Part shown: one piece after another, positions 61,769 through 64,000 of the stretch | Layout of the letters: each line of letters begins with the position of its first letter | Numbering within the stretch: position 1 is the stretch's first letter | From: an uncultured Thermoprotei archaeon | Lineage (GTDB): Archaea > Thermoproteota > Thermoprotei > QMSL01 > B3-G16 | DNA length: 64,000 nt | NCBI GenBank assembly: GCA_964517845.1 | Contig: CAZFCQ010000006.1 | Location: forward strand, 13,817 to 77,816 | Direction of reading: 5' to 3' | Position numbers and translations under genes: made by a program | The notes under the pieces: generated by a model | Database searches by the model: none | The model's input: only the letters and a program-made list of their open reading frames with translations | Told to the model about the DNA's origin: nothing

Positions 61769-63667
61769 GTGTCCCAAGAGTTTAAACCTGGTCTTACTTG
61801 GAGAATAGTGCTAGTCTTACTAGTCGCTGCCTTGGTTTTCGTCCCAGTCGCTACATATTTACAACTTGTGAGCGGTGCAGGTATTGCCGCCTCAGCTACT
61901 TATATAACAATAATTCTCTTCTCTGAATTCTTTGGTTTAATGGGTTATAGGTTTACAAAACAAGAGTTAACGTTACTCTTCTTAGCGATACCTTCAGCCG
62001 CCTCTGTAGGTTGGCTTGGTATGGTTTATAGAATATACTTTATGCAATCACCAATTACTTGGTCTTTTAGGATAAACGGTATACCTCTTCCTAGGTTAGT
62101 TCCTTCATGGTGGGTACCACCTTTAGGTTCAAGAGCTTACTATATAAGGAATCTTATATGTACTCCTGAATGGATAGTGCCGTTATTGACATCAGAATTT
62201 ATGGTAACGATATTCCCCCTTATAGCCTCGATTTCTTTAACACTCATGTTATCTTATATGTATATAGAGATTGAAAAGTTGCCCTTCCCTATTGCTCCTG
62301 TTGCTGCTTCTTTAGTTACAACATTAACTGAAAGGAAGCCAGAGGAATTCCGCATTTTCACTCTAAGCTTATATCCCGGTATGGTATGGGCTGCTTTTCT
62401 CTACCTTTCACAAATGTTTTTAGGATTTCAAATAGTTCCTCTACCTTGGATAGATTTCACGCCATGGACTTATAGATTTTTACCAGGAGCCCTCATAGGA
62501 TTTGCAACAGATATAGTAACAGTTCTTTATGGCTTCATGATACCCTTTACTACTGCTGCGTATATGTTGATTGGTTCCATGGCTTGCTGGGTTATAGGTA
62601 ATTCACTAACCTTAACAGTGTTCAAAGACTATTTCCCAACATGGTACGAAGAGTATTTTCCAGGGATGAGCTTAGCAGCTTCATGGCAGCGGTCTATTCT
62701 TAGAGTATGGATAGTTCCACAGATAGGTCTAGGCTTTGCCTTAGCCTTATATACAATAATGCGTGGATGGAGAAATATAACGCGTGCCTTTAGCTCTCTT
62801 TTAAGGCATAGAACTACTAAAACAGCTTTAGGCGCTGAATATCCCTCATTAGCAATACTTCTACTTCTATTCATAGGTAGTACTTTGGCTTCAGCTATTC
62901 TATATCACATACTCGTTCCAGGTTTTCCACTATGGGTTTGTCTAATCTTAGTACCTACCCTTAGTTTCGCTACAGCTCTCATTTCTACAAGAGCTATAGG
63001 AGAGACTGGAAGTAGTATCTCAATACCTTATCTCTGGAATGTAGTAATATACATGAGCGGTTATAAAGGTGTGGATGCATGGCTATTAATGCCCAGTGTT
63101 GATTTAAGTGGTGTAGCAGGTAATGTACAGAATCTAAAGGTAGGATATCTTACAGGGACTAAACCGATGGATATAATAAAAGCAATGTTAATAGCGTGGG
63201 CTATAGGAGACACATTAACTTTCATTTATACTAACGTATTCTGGTCTATGGCACCTATACCTTCATCAGCATATCCCTTTGCTTTAATGCAGTGGCCAAT
63301 CACTATAGTGAGTCAATGCGTATGGATAACAGGACAAGTAGTAGCTCAAACTTCATTACTTTTAGGTTCTATTGGTACAGGTATAGCAATCCTTTTCTTA
63401 GGAGATGTTTTGACGAAGATTGTAGGTTTACCTTTTTCAGCAGCCGGATTAGTAACAGGATTTTTCACAATCCCTCCCTCAGTACTACCTCTATTCCTAG
63501 GCTCTTCATTAAACAGATACGTAATGCCCAAGCTCTTCGGAGCTGAACGCTGGAATAGAGTACGAGGAATAATTGTAGCTGGATTCGCTTGTGGAGAAGG
63601 TGTGATGGTAGGATTAGGCATTGCGTTCTCTTTAATTGGAAAGGCAGCATGGTTATGGCCGTGGTAG
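61769..63667 (+). CDS. OPT (oligopeptide transporter) superfamily-like polytopic membrane protein
   Basis: 632 aa, ~16 TM; OPT-like N-terminus (PGLTWRIVLVLLVAAL). Confidence 0.45.
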   Translation: MSQEFKPGLTWRIVLVLLVAALVFVPVATYLQLVSGAGIAASATYITIILFSEFFGLMGYRFTKQELTLLFLAIPSAASVGWLGMVYRIYFMQSPITWSFRINGIPLPRLVPSWWVPPLGSRAYYIRNLICTPEWIVPLLTSEFMVTIFPLIASISLTLMLSYMYIEIEKLPFPIAPVAASLVTTLTERKPEEFRIFTLSLYPGMVWAAFLYLSQMFLGFQIVPLPWIDFTPWTYRFLPGALIGFATDIVTVLYGFMIPFTTAAYMLIGSMACWVIGNSLTLTVFKDYFPTWYEEYFPGMSLAASWQRSILRVWIVPQIGLGFALALYTIMRGWRNITRAFSSLLRHRTTKTALGAEYPSLAILLLLFIGSTLASAILYHILVPGFPLWVCLILVPTLSFATALISTRAIGETGSSISIPYLWNVVIYMSGYKGVDAWLLMPSVDLSGVAGNVQNLKVGYLTGTKPMDIIKAMLIAWAIGDTLTFIYTNVFWSMAPIPSSAYPFALMQWPITIVSQCVWITGQVVAQTSLLLGSIGTGIAILFLGDVLTKIVGLPFSAAGLVTGFFTIPPSVLPLFLGSSLNRYVMPKLFGAERWNRVRGIIVAGFACGEGVMVGLGIAFSLIGKAAWLWPW

Positions 63668-63786
63668 TTTAACAAAAAGTTAAAAAAGAAATTTAAATTT
63701 TTCTATATTCTTTTAGAAATGTTTAAATTTTTTCCAAGATAACTATTAGTTAGAATATAATTTATAAAAATTATGAGGTTTTGAAT

Positions 63787-64000
63787 ATGTCTGTCGAAGA
63801 GAAAAAAGAAGTAGAAGAGTATAAAAGTGGACTAACACTTAGATCTTTATTATTAGGCTTAATAATATTCTTTCCAGCATACATCACTGTAGTCCTTATG
63901 TGCAACTGTACAGCACGCCCTGGGACATTTAGCGGCTTTATAATTCCAGTAGTATATTATTTATTAATAAACGAACTTGTTGGTAGAATAAAGTCTAATT
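63787..64000 (+). CDS. Second OPT-like membrane protein, 5' partial (runs off window end)
   Basis: ATG at 63787 opens an ORF (MSVEEKKEVEEYKSGLTLRSLLLGLIIFF...). Its N-terminus is paralogous to the upstream gene's, and it has no stop within the window. Confidence 0.4.
   Translation, partial: MSVEEKKEVEEYKSGLTLRSLLLGLIIFFPAYITVVLMCNCTARPGTFSGFIIPVVYYLLINELVGRIKSN

Overview
The window reads as a gene-dense, low-GC (~35%) chromosomal segment of a hyperthermophilic crenarchaeon, probably Sulfolobales-like. The evidence is reverse gyrase next to an Hsp20, an archaeal CDC48 AAA ATPase, a class I HMG-CoA reductase, a tungsten-type aldehyde:ferredoxin oxidoreductase, CofE, and giant surface proteins very rich in N-x-S/T sequons. 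I found no rRNA or tRNA genes, no CRISPR array and no transposase or integrase. About 50 protein-coding genes are supported. Most are housekeeping or sugar and amino-sugar metabolism: three xylose-isomerase-like TIM barrels, a PfkB kinase, a class II aldolase, AOR, a Zn-ADH, an amidohydrolase, and a SIS/GlcNAc-kinase/GT2 glycan module. There are several transporters (ABC, two MFS, MscS, OPT-like) and translation-factor-like paralogs. Two loci are not explained by standard annotation and are the best candidates for undescribed systems. Locus A (21.0-27.9 kb) is a translationally coupled trio: a coiled-coil protein, a ~900-aa N-glycosylated surface protein with 3x transthyretin-like repeats, and an ~1100-aa FtsX/MacB-like permease fusion. 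All three share a SHOCT-like motif, and no ABC ATPase is encoded nearby. Locus B (47.1-53.7 kb) is a paralogous ~960-aa surface-anchored protein with an internal duplication and a coiled-coil stalk. It is followed by a 919-aa HerA/FtsK/VirB4-superfamily ATPase carrying a long coiled coil and a C-terminal array of six tandem 15-aa C-x2-C-x4-C-x2-H zinc knuckles (a 45-nt DNA repeat), then an uncharacterised 268-aa protein. Other notable points are an aldo/keto reductase broken by one in-frame TAG beside an unusual 500-bp noncoding gap, a gene-conversion-like identical tract between tandem eIF2B-family paralogs, a THUMP-SPOUT fusion, an NAD kinase with a degenerate GGDGT motif and a C-terminal winged helix, and an ABC exporter with an N-terminal bPH-like domain. 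All functional calls come from motif recognition by eye. No database search was run.
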